Positions 9,862 to 21,876 of a stretch of 64,000 nt of DNA are shown here, in pieces (the stretch's first letter is position 1; each line of letters begins with the position of its first letter). A program made the position numbers and the translations under genes. The stretch is taken from NCBI GenBank assembly GCA_965645245.1, contig OZ287073.1:2356001-2420000 (forward strand), given 5' to 3'. Source of the DNA: Massalongia carnosa (taxonomy: Eukaryota). Under the pieces are notes generated by a model, which was not told the DNA's origin, searched no databases, and was given only the letters and a program-made list of their open reading frames with translations.

Positions 9862-12800
9862 TTATCCGAGTGCCGAGGTCTTACCGAGTAGAATCGTGAC
9901 AGCCTCGGCCTCCTCGTACTTCTCCTGCCTGTCAAGCACCGACGCCAGGTTGCTCAAGCTCGTCAGCGTGCTAGGGTGCTCCGTCCCCAGCGCCTTCTGC
10001 CTCAGCTCCAGCGTCCGCCGGTTCATCGCCTCGGCCTCCTCGTACTTCCCCTGCCCGAAAAGCACCAAAGCCAGGTTGCTCATGCTCGTCAGCGTGTCGG
10101 GGTGCTCCGTCCCTAGCGCCTTCTGCCTCAGCTCCAGCGTCCGCCGGCTCATCGCCTCGGCCTCCTCGTACTTCCCCTGCCTGTCAAGCACCCACGCCAG
10201 GTTGCTCAAGCTCGTCAGCCTGTCGGGGTGCTCCGTCCCCAGCGCCTTCTGCCTCAGCTCCAGCGTCCGCCAGCTCATCGCCTCGGCCTCCTCGTACTTC
10301 CCCTGCCCGAAAAGCACCAAAGCCAGGTTGCTCATGCTCGTCAACGTGTCGGGGTGCTCCGTCCCTAGCGCCTTCTGCCTCAGCTCCAGCGTCCGCCGGT
10401 TCATCGCCTCGGCCTCCTCGTACTTCTCCTGCCTTTCAAGCACCGACGCCAGGATGCCCATGCTCGTCAGCCTGTAGGAATGCTCCGTCCCCAGCGCCTT
10501 CTGCATCAGCTCCAGCGTCCGCCGGCTCATCGCCTCGGCCTCCTCGTACTTCCCCTGCCTGTCAAGCATCAACGCCAGGGTGCCCATGCTCGTCAGCGTG
10601 TCGGGATGCTCCGTCCTCAGCACCTTCTGCCTCAGCTCCAGCGTCCGCCGGCTCATCGCCTCGGCCTCCTCGTACTTCCCCTGCCTGTCAAGCACCGACG
10701 CCAGGTTGTCCATGCTCGTCAGCATGCGGGGGTGCTCCGTCCCCAGCGCCTTCTGCCTCAGCTCCAGCGTCCGCCGGTTCATCGCCTCGGCCTCCTCGAA
10801 CTTCCCCTGCCTGTCAAGCACCGACGCCAGGTTGCCCATGCTCGTCAGCGTGTCGGGGTGCTCCGTCCCTAGCGCCTTCTGCCTCAGCTCCAGCGTCCGC
10901 CAGCTCATCGCCTCGGCCTCCTCGTACTTCCCCTGCCTGTCAAGCACCGACGCCAGGTTGCCCATGCTCGTCAGCGTGTCGGGGTGCTCCGTCCCCAGCG
11001 CCCTCTGCATCAGCTCCAGCGTCCGCCGGTTCATCGCCTCGGCCTCCTCGTACTTCCCCTGGCTGGCAAGCACCGACGCCAGGTTGTCCATGCTCGTCAG
11101 CGTGCCGGGGTGCTCCGTCCCCAGCGCCTTCTGCATCAGCTCCAGCGTCCGCTGATTCATCGCCTCGGCCTCCTCGTACTTCCCCTGCTTGTCAAGCACC
11201 GACGCCAGGTTGCCCATGCTCGTCAGCGTGTCGGGGTGCTCCGTCCCCAGCGCCTTCTGCCTCAGCTCCAGCGTCCGTCGATTCATCGCCTCGGCCTCCT
11301 CGTACTTCCCCTGGCTGGCAAGCACCGACGCCAGGTTGCCCATGCTCGTCAGCGTGCCGGGGTGCTCCGTCCCCAGCGCCTTCTGCCTCAGCTCCAGCGT
11401 CCGCTGATTCATCGCCTCGGCCTCCTCGTACTTCCCCTGCTTGTCAAGCACCGACGCCAGGTTGCCCATGCTCGTCAGCGTGTCGGGGTGCTCCGTCCCC
11501 AGCGCCTTCTGCATCAGCTCCAGCGTCCGCCGGTTCATCTCCTCGGCCTCCTCGTACTTCCCCTGCCTGTCAAGCACCGATGCCAGGTTGCTCATGCTCG
11601 CCAGCGTGCTGGGGTGCTCCGTCCCTAGCGCCTTCTGCCTCAGCTCCAGCGTCCGCCGCTTCATCGCCTCGGCCTCCTCGTACTTCCCCTGCCTGTCAAG
11701 CACCGACGCCAGGTTGCTCATGCTCGCCAGCGTACTGGGGTGCTCCGTCCCTAGCGCCTTCTGCCTCAGCTCCAGCGTCCGCCGGTTCATCGCCTCGGCC
11801 TCCTCGTACTTCCCCTGCATGTCAAGCACCCACGCCAGGTTGCCCATGCTCGTCAACGTGTCGGGGTGCTCCGTCCCCAGCGCCTTCTGCCTCAGCTCTA
11901 GCGTCCGCCGGTTCATCGCCTCGGCCTCCTCGTACTTCCCCTGCCCGTCAAGCACCAACGCCAGGTTGCCCATGCTCGTCAGCGTGCCGGGGTGATCCGT
12001 CCCCAGCGCCTTCTGCGCCAGCTCCAGCGTCCGCCGGCTCATCGCCTCGGCCTCCTCGTACTTCCCCTGGCCGGCAAGTATCGCCGACGTGAGTGCAAGG
12101 CTGCCTATAACTGTTGAGTCTTCCTCGTTCAAAATCCGACGTTGAGTACCTAGGGCTTCTAGGCTTCGGCCTAGAGCCAAATTATACATTCCTTGAGTAT
12201 ATAGATACCATGCTGTGTTATAAAGAATTTTAGCTTGCTGAAGAGAACAATGCTGCTTCGAATACTGATACCCTAGGACTATCTCTGCGTGCGGCAACAG
12301 CTCTCTACAAATCTTCCAGTTCTGGTGTTTACCGTTTGGAAAGGACTCAGATAACAACGTTACGGCCTCCTCTTCCCATTTCAATATCTCACCGTGTATA
12401 CGCAACCACGTTCTTGTCGCCAGCTGCACAAGCCGATGCATTTCAAAGCATTCGCCATCGGCTTCGGAAGCAATTAAAGCGAAATCATTCAAAGGGGCTA
12501 ACGCGTCTTCTAAAGCCAAACGGTTGTCATCCTTGCAAAGAAGGAACTCCGGAATTCCTTGTCGATCGAGAACGCTCATAAGCGATAAAAGCTCGGCGGC
12601 CGGAGGAAAGCTTTTTTTGATCTGGTCAAAGGAGATTTGCCACGTTACGAGGACCGAATTCGGCACACTAGGATCCCTCCGAAGATCCCCTGTATCCGCT
12701 AATAATATATTCTCGTTCTGTCGAGCGTATGTCAAATACTTCGCGATTGTCATCCTCGTTTTTCGTACGCTAATATAAGCTGCAGCCTGTGTAATTGCAA

Positions 12801-14677
12801 GTGGGAGACGCTCCAAAGCCTCTACGAGAGCAGTGATATCATCTTCACTTGATTTGTCATCGGGTAATCGCTTGCGCAGTAGAGTTTTGGCATCTCCTTC
12901 TTCCATCGGTAATACATCGATGACACGCTCGATTCTGTTGGTTAACCTAAACGCTGCCTGCCTGTTTCGGGAAGTGACAAGTATTGATCCTTTGGAGGTT
13001 TGGGGAAGATACATACACAATGGTAAAGCATATTGATTAATAGCAGTCCCTTCAGAGGCCTCTTTTCGATGGTTTAAAAACATGTCTGCGTCATCAGCAT
13101 TATCCAGCACTAGCAGCCACTTAGGATGATCTTCATCGGTAAGCCAGTCGGAGACAACCTGAAGCGTGTTGATTTTAGGATCGTCCCAGCCAGGTAGATT
13201 AAGTCTTCTTGCGATATCTCCGTATGCTTGATTGAATCTTTCGAAGGTTCTGGCATGCACCCAGAATATGCTGCGATTTGGATGTTTGCTTCGATACCGA
13301 TAGCAATATTCAATGGCTATCTGCGATTTACTGTGTTTGCACATATTATTAGACAAATTCTGTTTTTATGAGCGTCAAAGGGTGTACCCGACGCCTCCTA
13401 TCCCGGTAAGGGCAACACGCTGCTCCGTCTCCAACTTTTCATCGATTTCGCTGATGATGTCCTCTCGCCCAACAAACTGGTTGTCTTGGCCGAATGGCAC
13501 CAGGAAGAGCGTCTTATCTTTGCATAAGCCTGCTACTCGAAAAGTATTAGCTTAATTCATGACCGCCTCAATCCATTTTACGATATCCACAGCTAGTAAG
13601 CATATGTTCCAATGCAATTCTCATACCCAAAGCACTGCACCTCACTTATTACCGGCGACTACGTACAAGCAACTCCAGATAGTGGCTGCAAAGACGGTAT
13701 GCTTAGCGCAGCAATACGTGCTCTCTCCACTGCAGCCTTTACCGCAGACTTCACAAGCCGCCCGAGGTTGAACGAAACTTGCTGGTAATCATCCCCCTCC
13801 GCACTTTCGAACTTGCAGACTTCGGTGTGATCTGCATCCATAGGTATCTGCCTTTCACGGAGTCCAGTGAGACCAAGGGTGGCCGATTTCTGGTCCACGA
13901 TCTGCAGCTGTTAGTTGAAGTTTTCTGGTATACAATTTTCAGTGCGTACGAGACCTAACTTCCCCACCGGAAGCGTTTCGAAGAAGCTTAAAACATGGTA
14001 ATCCTCAAGTTGATGCCGGAAGTCTCCCACAAGTGTGTCAGAGAACAATGAATCCTTCTTCAGCGTCTCCATAAACGTGTTTGACGGATTTCGAAGTACA
14101 CCTCTTACTATAGAGGCAGCGATGTCCCCTAACTTCGCGAAGTTGCCTCCCTGATGAGGTGTAGCGAAAAATGCGATTCCATATGTAGCTTCGCGGATAG
14201 ATTTGTAGGAATCGTCGAGTTTAGCTTCTACCAATGCTCGCTTGACAATGATGCCTCCCAAGCTGTGAGCGACAAACACAATGGGTCTGTTCTCTTCGTC
14301 GTCCCGCTTGGATGCAATTCGGTTAAGAAGGTTTGTAGCTTGCTCTCGAACTCCTGCGATCGAGGTCTCGAAAGCGACATTAGCATTGTAGCCAAACAAC
14401 AAAACTCGTGCAGATGGCAGTTGTGAAGGCAAAAAGTCTCTTAGCCATAGCTTATCTTGAACCGTCCATGTTGCTTCCGCGTGAAATTCGGTGTTAGTCG
14501 GGTTGAGGCCATGCACCGCAATAATGCTAGTTTACATGATAGAGTCAGCGTGAGGGGTTCCGAAAAGGATCAATCAAGCACAACCTACTCAACATCAGGA
14601 TTCTCTGGACTTACTAGCACCCTAAGGAAGTTCTTAGAAATGCGAGGAGTGTTCTGTAAATCATTAGTTATGAACAT
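9862..14677 (-). CDS. Fungal NLR: alpha/beta-hydrolase (SesB-like lipase fold)-NB-ARC-TPR, about 1504 aa, 5 exons
   Basis: Exons 14677-14589, 14526-13950, 13901-13667, 13532-13388 and 13330-9862 join through GT-AG introns with CTAAC/CTAAT/CTGAC branch sites into one 4515-nt frame. Motifs: IIAVHGL, AHSLGG nucleophile elbow, FVGRE, GIGGVGKS P-loop (split by an intron), LLVLDNAD, LPLAI, MHRLVQ, then 42-aa TPR repeats. The start codon is uncertain. Confidence 0.9.
9901..12075 (-). repeat. Coding tandem array of 17 complete plus 1 partial 126-bp TPR repeats
   Basis: Unit xxQGKYEEAEAMxxRTLELxQKALGTEHPxTLTSMxNLAxVL, counted from the translation. Confidence 0.95.
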
Positions 14678-14745
14678 GTAAAACGGAGAGATTGATTTTC
14701 CATATTGAAAAGATGGTACGGTGTATCGTCCTGGTAATATATATG

Positions 14746-17700
14746 TGTCAACCTTTCACATGAATTCAGGAAGGATGGAAAAAGGCTGTATTCTGTATGT
14801 GGGAAATGCCCACATCTAGCTACCTATATAGAAGGGAAAAGGGGTCATGGCAGCAACGATATCAACCCCGGCAAATTGAGGGGTAAAGGTGTGGAAGAAA
14901 TGGCGTAGCTTAGCGGCATCTGCCGCGACAGGGGGTCGAGGATCGGCGATGAGAATCGACCACATTCAGGTTTGACACACCCCCCCAGGATGCGAAGCAT
15001 CCTGACCAAAAGAAGAAAACATGAAGCAATTCCCATTCGAGAAAAAGGTGCAATTCTTGCAAAATCAAAATGAGATGCCAGTGAAAAGAAATTTCTGCCC
15101 GCCGAGAGGAATTCCGCCCGGTTCACTCCCGCCTGCCCCATTCCTAAATCAGATACTTGATATCAATAAGGCCTAGCATTTCCAGAAAGGAACGATGCTT
15201 TTGCGGAGGCAAGGGCTTGGTGAGACCATCTGCCGTCATCCGGTTGGTCTGTAGATAACCCACATTGAGATGACCAAATTGAACGCTCTGTCTCAACCAC
15301 AACTGAGCGATGTCCACATGCAGAAGTTTGGTCGTAACTTTGGGCTGCTCCGACGTCAGAATGCGGATGGTCTGCATGTTATCATTGTAGATTTTGACCG
15401 AATGGTCGTTGTCGAATCCTAGCTTGCCAAAGAAATTAATCCACCAGATGCATGCCTTGCCGGCATGGAGAAGGGCAAGCAATTCTGCCTCTGTCGTCGA
15501 AGTTGAGACGGTCGCCTGCTTCCTGGCAGCCCAGTCGATCATGCCGCCATACAGCTTGAATGTGAAACCCTCGTAGCTGCGTCGCTCGGGACTATTTGCA
15601 AAGCTGGCATCGGCAGTGTTTTCGAAGACATGCTTTGCCGAGAGCTGATCATCATCCGGAGACTGCACGGTAAGCTCGCCACCTCCCGAGGGTGAGTATT
15701 TTATCGCCAGATACTTAGTCGCGTCTAGATATTGCAGGCAGTGATTTGCCGCGTCTAGATGCTCCAGACCGGGACAGGTGAGATGCTCTGCCAATTTGGA
15801 GGCAGCTTTGGCAACGTCCGGCCGAGTGATATTCGCGGGATAGCAGATCGATCCTACCTTTTTACGATATTCCTGCCTCAGGGATTGGTCGACTGACCGA
15901 GGCGAGTCCGAGTCTGGGCTAGCTGCCGAGGCAGAGGTGAATGCGATGAAGTCTGACGGTAGCGGGGATGACGGAGATTTAGACGTGTCTATCTCGTATT
16001 CAATTGCCAACTTGTCCATGTAGGAGTCTTGACAAAGATAAATGTCGCCAGCATTTCGAACAATCCGTACACCGAGAAAGAAGCTCAATTGGCCCATGTC
16101 GCGTAATTCAAATCGAGCATTCAACTTCTGAATCAGCAGATCTACGTCTGCAGCTCTACTTTCCGGAAAGATGATGACTATGTCATCCACATAGAAAAAG
16201 AGGATGATGCCAGAGTAGTCGGTAAAAAGGCAGGGCTCGCCAGGGATCTGCTGCATGTCCAATGAGGTGAGTGCTTTGGAAAATTCTCGTAGCCATAGTA
16301 GAGGCGATTTTCGAAGCCCGTACAAAGCCCGGACCAGGAGCAAGCATTTCCCCTCGATGACGAAACCATCTGGCATATACACGTGGATGACCCTATCGGC
16401 TTTGGCATTTAGGAAGGCATTGATCGCGTCAAACTGCCTTGTCCTGAGTCCGAAAGCAGACGTCAGGGCCATGAGGCACCTGAAGATCTTAATTGCCAGC
16501 GTAGAGGCGTATACATCTTCTGCCGAGACTTCTTCCAAATCCCCTCGGACTACCAGGCGTGCCTTGTATTTTACTAGAAAGCCATCCGGGTCGAACTTGT
16601 ATGTAAATACCCACATTAGTGGAAGCGGCTTCTGATTGGAAGTTTTGGGAATGACGACGAAGGTGTCCATTCTGAGAAGAGTCTGATATTCAAATTCGGC
16701 TGCTTTGCGAAATCCTTCTGCATGGGGATGTCGAAGCATACCTCGCCACTGCTTCGGCGGCGGCGGCAGGCTGTCCCTATGCAATCTGGTCGACCTAGTG
16801 GTCACTGCAAATGCCAAATAAACTTCCTTCATCCCGTCATCCAATCCCGAGTTTGTATTCCCTAGTGGTTCCGAAGCGATGCCGAGTGGTCTGATGCCGA
16901 GAGGTGCTGCGAGATTTGCGAATTTCTGCTTCGGTTTTCTGACTCGTTTTCCTTCGACGATATTGCTGACATCCAATTTGGCAGATCCGATATTCCTACT
17001 GGGACCGGTGCCAAAAGATTCGGCAATGCCGAGAGGCGTCCGGCCGGTTTCTGGCAGATCAGTCGGTAGATCTATGCTACTCGGAAGACTGTCTTTTACC
17101 ACCCGTTTGTCGCGAGATGTTGACGAAGAAGATGTAGGTGCCGGTGCTGAAGTCGATGGAGGCGGAGTGCTCTCGGGAGTCGGAAGATGCTGCTGACTCG
17201 GTGAATGTCTCGGCATGATAGGGACGTCTTTCGCAGTCAACGACGCGGGCACATCCAGTGCAGACGAATTTTCAACCGACGAAGAAGGATCAGCAAATGA
17301 CCGATTGCGCACAGATGTCGCCAGCCATTGCTCCTCATTTTCTGCCAAATCAACAATGTAGGGAGCAGCATCGAAAACTTCCAGCTCTACAAACTCGGCC
17401 ACCTTCTCTTTGGGAATCAGATCCTTTTTGACGTATGTGGAGAAGGTTTGATCCTCATCAAAGATAACATCTCTATATCCGCTGACCGACCAGGTCTCGG
17501 GATTCCAGACTCGATAAATGTTTGTAGAATCGTATCCGACCAGATAGCCAACAAATGCTCGAAGGGCTAGTTTCTCACTTTTTGGCGGGGCATCTTTACC
17601 TTTCAGAAGGGGATATGCCTTGCACCCAAAGACCTTGAGATGACCAATTTCGGAATTGTATGGCTTCTTCAGGGCTCGGTGCAGGGAGATGTGAGGCGAT

Positions 17701-20576
17701 TTCCAATCTAGTCCTTTTGTCGGCGTCCTATTTAGCAAGTCTCCAGCAGCGAGATAGCACTCGGGATACAGATCTTCTGGCAAATCGGCGCCGATGCGAA
17801 TGCATCTAGCCTTCTGAGTCAAAAGGCTTCCTGCCCTCTCAGCCGACCCATTCTGCTCCTTAGTATGCTTTGCGGACCATTCAAACGCGATTCCCTGTTC
17901 CTTGACGAAGTCCTGAATGACGTCTCCAACCGACGTTTCCTGATCCATTCGAAAGGTCTGAACGAAAAGACCGAATTCGGCTCCGAGTCGATCGCACCGA
18001 TTTATGACATGCTTGACAATCCTAAGTAGTGTCTCCTGCTTATGATCTTGCAGGGGGAAGACCCAATGAAACGAGGTGAAATCATCCTGAAAATGAGCGA
18101 CGCAGGTGGTCCCATCGAAAGCAGTCCTTTTCAAAATAATGAGGTCAAAATGAAGACGCTGGAATGGTTTAGTGGCTTTAGTAGCCGAGACCCTTGATAC
18201 TAGTGTATGCATTTTTGACAATGCGCACGTCTCACATTTCACTGTCTTTGGAGCATCTTGACCACTGTTACCTCTTGAAATCTCAATCATCTTCTGATTC
18301 GACAACTGGTTAATGACTTCCGGTTGGCAATGTCCTAGGCGGAGATGAAATTTCCATGGCGTGCCTTTTGGGATTGCATCTGCCGAGACTCGGGAACCGA
18401 CGAAATTTGCGAAAGCACCAGCGTGGCCAACGGGACGATACTCGGCAGTGTAGAGACCGAAATGCTCTTCCAATTCGAAGATTGAAATACCCTTCTTCTC
18501 GACCGTGTCCGTATGCATGTTCCACAGAAATCCATCCTTTTTCAGCTTGCTGACCGAAATCAAAGTCACCGATGAGTCGGGAACGTATGCTGTGTGTCGA
18601 AAATGCAGAGGCTGATTCTTCCCTTTTAGTGTCCCATTCACCAACATTGTCCCAAAACCTTCAATAAGGAGATCTCCGTCGGGAGTCGAGACCCACTCGT
18701 ATGCCGGGATGATTTCGTCAATAAAACGGGATTTGTCCCAGGTCAGATGATTGGAGCATCCCGAGTCGTAGGAGACGCTGAGATGAAGCAGATTGTCGCG
18801 ATCCGAGATAGTATTTCCAAAAGAGACTGGAGCATTCTCGACAACAGGGAGCTCGGCGGGAGCATTGCCATTGCCTCGGCCACGACCTCCATCTCCGCGA
18901 CCCCCTCGACCTCCACCTCTTCCTCTTCCTCGAGGTTTCAAAGGTTCATCAGGCTCGGAGATGCCGTTGAGAATGTCGGATGTAGCGGCGCGTTTGACAT
19001 ACCAATAAAGCTTGGAATTGGACCCGATTTTCTGTCGGATGTGGTCGCGTATCTCCTTATTGAATTTCCATCCCGAGATTCTAGACTCGACTGTCAAATA
19101 AGGGCATCTTTTCCAGGAGTGAGTTTCGCCGCAAAGGCATTCGTTATTGCTGTACTTGCTATCGTCAGAAGTGGAATTTCCCTGATCGGAAGACTGTCCT
19201 TGTAGAGAAGCGGAATTCGCCGAGAGCTGCTGACGACGACCAGTGCTGATTGCATTTTCTTCTATCTCGGTCCGATACTCATTGGCGGCCTCGAAGAATT
19301 TAAGGGGACGACCTGATACATTTCGTATCTTGATCCAGGTGTCGCAAAAGAATGGTGCCCATATCCGAGCGGCTTTCAGAAAGTGCTGAGTGTAGATATA
19401 CTCACTATAGATGGGTTCAACTTTCAAAGCAACGATTTCTTCCCTCAGCGTTTCCCATTGGCAGATCCAAGATTCGATCTTCCCTTTCACCGGGTGAGAA
19501 TTTCTCAACTCGTCGTATTGGCGATCGATCTGCCTTTGAACTTCGTCCGGACTCTTTTTGAACTTATGGGCCAGGGACTGAAGAATTTCTCGAACCGAGG
19601 ATGATCTGACATTCCTGGCGACATAATCTTTAGCCGACTCTAGGATGACCGTATGAACCTTCTCAATTCCCATGGCTGCGGCCCTGGCATCTGCCTGAAG
19701 CCCTCGATGTGACCGTTCATCTGCATTGTACGACTCCTTCTGTGATTCCGAGAGATCGGCATACCGAGAACATGGTTCGGGAATCAGGACCGGCGGGCCA
19801 TTTAAATCGCCGAGAACTGTCCCTTGAGAAGAACCTTGAGAAGCGACAATAGCAGGCGTAGGGATATTGGTAGAGTCAGTGCCAGGCGTATTAACCGGGA
19901 CGACTTTGACGTAATCACTGAATTTGGGAAATTTGGGAATGGTAGGTTCCGATTCTGATCCTTCCGGATCGACGTACTCCCATACCTGAGATCGTACTGC
20001 GATACCCTTGATTTCCGACAACCAGGAATTGTAGGTCCTAGGCGTCAGAGCCGAGACGATGAGTTTCCGAGACGATCCCGACGAGTAGTCTTCCATTTGG
20101 GATAACCGACCAAAGATGGAGACAGATGGGAAAAACAGGGAAACGACCAAAAAGGCAAAGGAAAACAGAAGCACGAGGAATAAATCAACTCTGCGATGCT
20201 CCATGAGAGATACGATAATTCCGGCGGCGATACTCAGCCTGCCTAGGATATTTCGGGGTCGATGAAGGCAGCGATAAATCAGCTTACCAATAACTAAAGT
20301 TAAGACGGAGGCAGCGAAAAATTCAGCTAACCCGGGCTCATAACTGTCAACCTTTCACATGAATTCAGGAAGGATGGAAAAAGGCTGTATTCTGTATGTG
20401 GGAAATGCCCACATCTAGCTACCTATATAGAAGGGAAAAGGGGTCATGGCAGCAACGATATCAACCCCGGCAAATTGAGGGGTAAAGGTGTGGAAGAAAT
20501 GGCGTAGCTTAGCGGCATCTGCCGCGACAGGGGGTCGAGGATCGGCGATGAGAATCGACCACATTCAGGTTTGACA
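14746..20576 (-). mobile_element. Complete Ty1/copia LTR retrotransposon, apparently intact and young
   Basis: 232-bp LTRs at 14746-14977 and 20345-20576 with no differences seen; 5-bp TSD ATATG; PBS GTTATGAGCCC next to the 5' LTR; G-rich PPT next to the 3' LTR; single long ORF. Confidence 0.97.
15144..20204 (-). CDS. copia gag-pol polyprotein (1686 aa)
   Basis: CLCGETHSWKRC knuckle, YDSGCS protease, H-H-C-C integrase zinc finger and DDE core (QNGSAER), YKARLV, LYGLRKS, YVDD, ADASF...TEAE...ADGLTK RNase H. Confidence 0.95.
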   Translation of the reverse strand: MEHRRVDLFLVLLFSFAFLVVSLFFPSVSIFGRLSQMEDYSSGSSRKLIVSALTPRTYNSWLSEIKGIAVRSQVWEYVDPEGSESEPTIPKFPKFSDYVKVVPVNTPGTDSTNIPTPAIVASQGSSQGTVLGDLNGPPVLIPEPCSRYADLSESQKESYNADERSHRGLQADARAAAMGIEKVHTVILESAKDYVARNVRSSSVREILQSLAHKFKKSPDEVQRQIDRQYDELRNSHPVKGKIESWICQWETLREEIVALKVEPIYSEYIYTQHFLKAARIWAPFFCDTWIKIRNVSGRPLKFFEAANEYRTEIEENAISTGRRQQLSANSASLQGQSSDQGNSTSDDSKYSNNECLCGETHSWKRCPYLTVESRISGWKFNKEIRDHIRQKIGSNSKLYWYVKRAATSDILNGISEPDEPLKPRGRGRGGGRGGRGDGGRGRGNGNAPAELPVVENAPVSFGNTISDRDNLLHLSVSYDSGCSNHLTWDKSRFIDEIIPAYEWVSTPDGDLLIEGFGTMLVNGTLKGKNQPLHFRHTAYVPDSSVTLISVSKLKKDGFLWNMHTDTVEKKGISIFELEEHFGLYTAEYRPVGHAGAFANFVGSRVSADAIPKGTPWKFHLRLGHCQPEVINQLSNQKMIEISRGNSGQDAPKTVKCETCALSKMHTLVSRVSATKATKPFQRLHFDLIILKRTAFDGTTCVAHFQDDFTSFHWVFPLQDHKQETLLRIVKHVINRCDRLGAEFGLFVQTFRMDQETSVGDVIQDFVKEQGIAFEWSAKHTKEQNGSAERAGSLLTQKARCIRIGADLPEDLYPECYLAAGDLLNRTPTKGLDWKSPHISLHRALKKPYNSEIGHLKVFGCKAYPLLKGKDAPPKSEKLALRAFVGYLVGYDSTNIYRVWNPETWSVSGYRDVIFDEDQTFSTYVKKDLIPKEKVAEFVELEVFDAAPYIVDLAENEEQWLATSVRNRSFADPSSSVENSSALDVPASLTAKDVPIMPRHSPSQQHLPTPESTPPPSTSAPAPTSSSSTSRDKRVVKDSLPSSIDLPTDLPETGRTPLGIAESFGTGPSRNIGSAKLDVSNIVEGKRVRKPKQKFANLAAPLGIRPLGIASEPLGNTNSGLDDGMKEVYLAFAVTTRSTRLHRDSLPPPPKQWRGMLRHPHAEGFRKAAEFEYQTLLRMDTFVVIPKTSNQKPLPLMWVFTYKFDPDGFLVKYKARLVVRGDLEEVSAEDVYASTLAIKIFRCLMALTSAFGLRTRQFDAINAFLNAKADRVIHVYMPDGFVIEGKCLLLVRALYGLRKSPLLWLREFSKALTSLDMQQIPGEPCLFTDYSGIILFFYVDDIVIIFPESRAADVDLLIQKLNARFELRDMGQLSFFLGVRIVRNAGDIYLCQDSYMDKLAIEYEIDTSKSPSSPLPSDFIAFTSASAASPDSDSPRSVDQSLRQEYRKKVGSICYPANITRPDVAKAASKLAEHLTCPGLEHLDAANHCLQYLDATKYLAIKYSPSGGGELTVQSPDDDQLSAKHVFENTADASFANSPERRSYEGFTFKLYGGMIDWAARKQATVSTSTTEAELLALLHAGKACIWWINFFGKLGFDNDHSVKIYNDNMQTIRILTSEQPKVTTKLLHVDIAQLWLRQSVQFGHLNVGYLQTNRMTADGLTKPLPPQKHRSFLEMLGLIDIKYLI

Positions 20577-21537
20577 ATATGTGCAACACATAAAACACAG
20601 TCCAAACTGAAAAGAACAAGAAGATATATTTATTTGCACAACTTGAGGGATTTAAACAATGCGCGTGACTCTCTAGTTCCTATTCATAGATTAACCGGGC
20701 TCATCTGCAACCCCTAGGTCGTGGGGCTCCATACAATGACTTTCCTCAACATTTTTTGAATCAAACCTTTTACATGTCTATGTCAATCAACATCTTCGAT
20801 GCTTTCTTTTTGCTCCCCCAATAAGCCTTTTAAAGCAGCCATGCTCCTTTTCAGAAATAGATACGGTAATCAGACGTCCTAAGTTCGAGGTGTATATTGT
20901 TGTTAGTATTGGAATTTGCTGAATATTTGCGACCGATTGCCTCAGTACCTCAGACCTGCCTTGCCCTCGCCACAGCTAAGCCTTTTCGGATTAGTATATA
21001 ATTAGTCAGAAGCTAAGTCAATTTAGTTAAATGTTTAACTGTTTTAGGATAAGATTCTATTTAGCTTACTACTCATGCTTCGGGCGGCAGGTCTGAGTTT
21101 AAAACTCTGTACTCTGTAATTTTGTCAGGTTCTCGTTATTTTGGTGACAACACACGTAAGTTTAGCGCTTAAGATTTAAAATCATCGTTTTTCACGATTA
21201 AGACAAGATCAACGACAACGCATGAAAGTTGTAATAATACGTTATTTTCGTCGCTACTTAAAGATATGCTTTATTAAATGATCTAAAATTTAAACATCCT
21301 GTGCGTGTTGCGCAGTTATCTTCATCATCGAGCAACATTGACTCAAATTTACTCTCAAATCTCGACGACAGCACAACAACTTCGAATTGAGTCTTGCCCT
21401 TCAATTCAACGATCGGCGCTCATATTCATCATATTGCCTTTGCGGATCATGTTATCGTAGTTCTTCAGGAATTCAAACTCAAATATAGTCGTTGTCCTTG
21501 CTAGCGTGCTTTCTTGTTGTAGCGATATTACATCAAT

Positions 21538-21876
21538 ATGAGTGACGCGATACAGATGTTGGCTCGTGAGAAGATCGAGAGCGTTGTTGATCAGTATTTC
21601 GGATTTCGTCTAAAGAGGGAGAGCGTTGTTGATCAGTATTTCGGATTTCGTCCAAAGAGGGAGCAGGTGGATGCGCTTCATCATCTGTTGTGTGATAGGA
21701 TGGATTTGATATTGATAGCAAAAACAGGTTTCGGAAAGAGCATACTGTTTCAAGCTGCTTCTTTGATGTTTTCGCGTTGCAAGTCAGTGTTGATAATCAT
21801 GCCTTTGATTGCAATGGAAGAGGAGCAATGTGAAAAAACCCTCTTCAAACGCCTCGTCGACCTTCACCGGAGTTAA
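21538..21876 (+). pseudogene. N-terminal fragment of a RecQ-like SF2 helicase
   Basis: FGFRPKREQVDAL (Q motif), AKTGFGKS (motif I), IIMPLIAMEEEQ (motif Ia), then truncated; contains a 33-bp internal duplication. Confidence 0.8.

Noticed and set aside
9797..12092. Long + strand ORFs over the TPR array
   Set aside because: Shadow frames: a stop-free 126-bp unit repeated in tandem keeps other frames open; no independent protein features.
13659..14516. Hydrolase as a separate effector gene linked to the NLR by an amyloid motif
   Set aside because: Canonical introns join it in frame to NB-ARC, and no G/N/Q-rich amyloid-like motif is visible at either junction.
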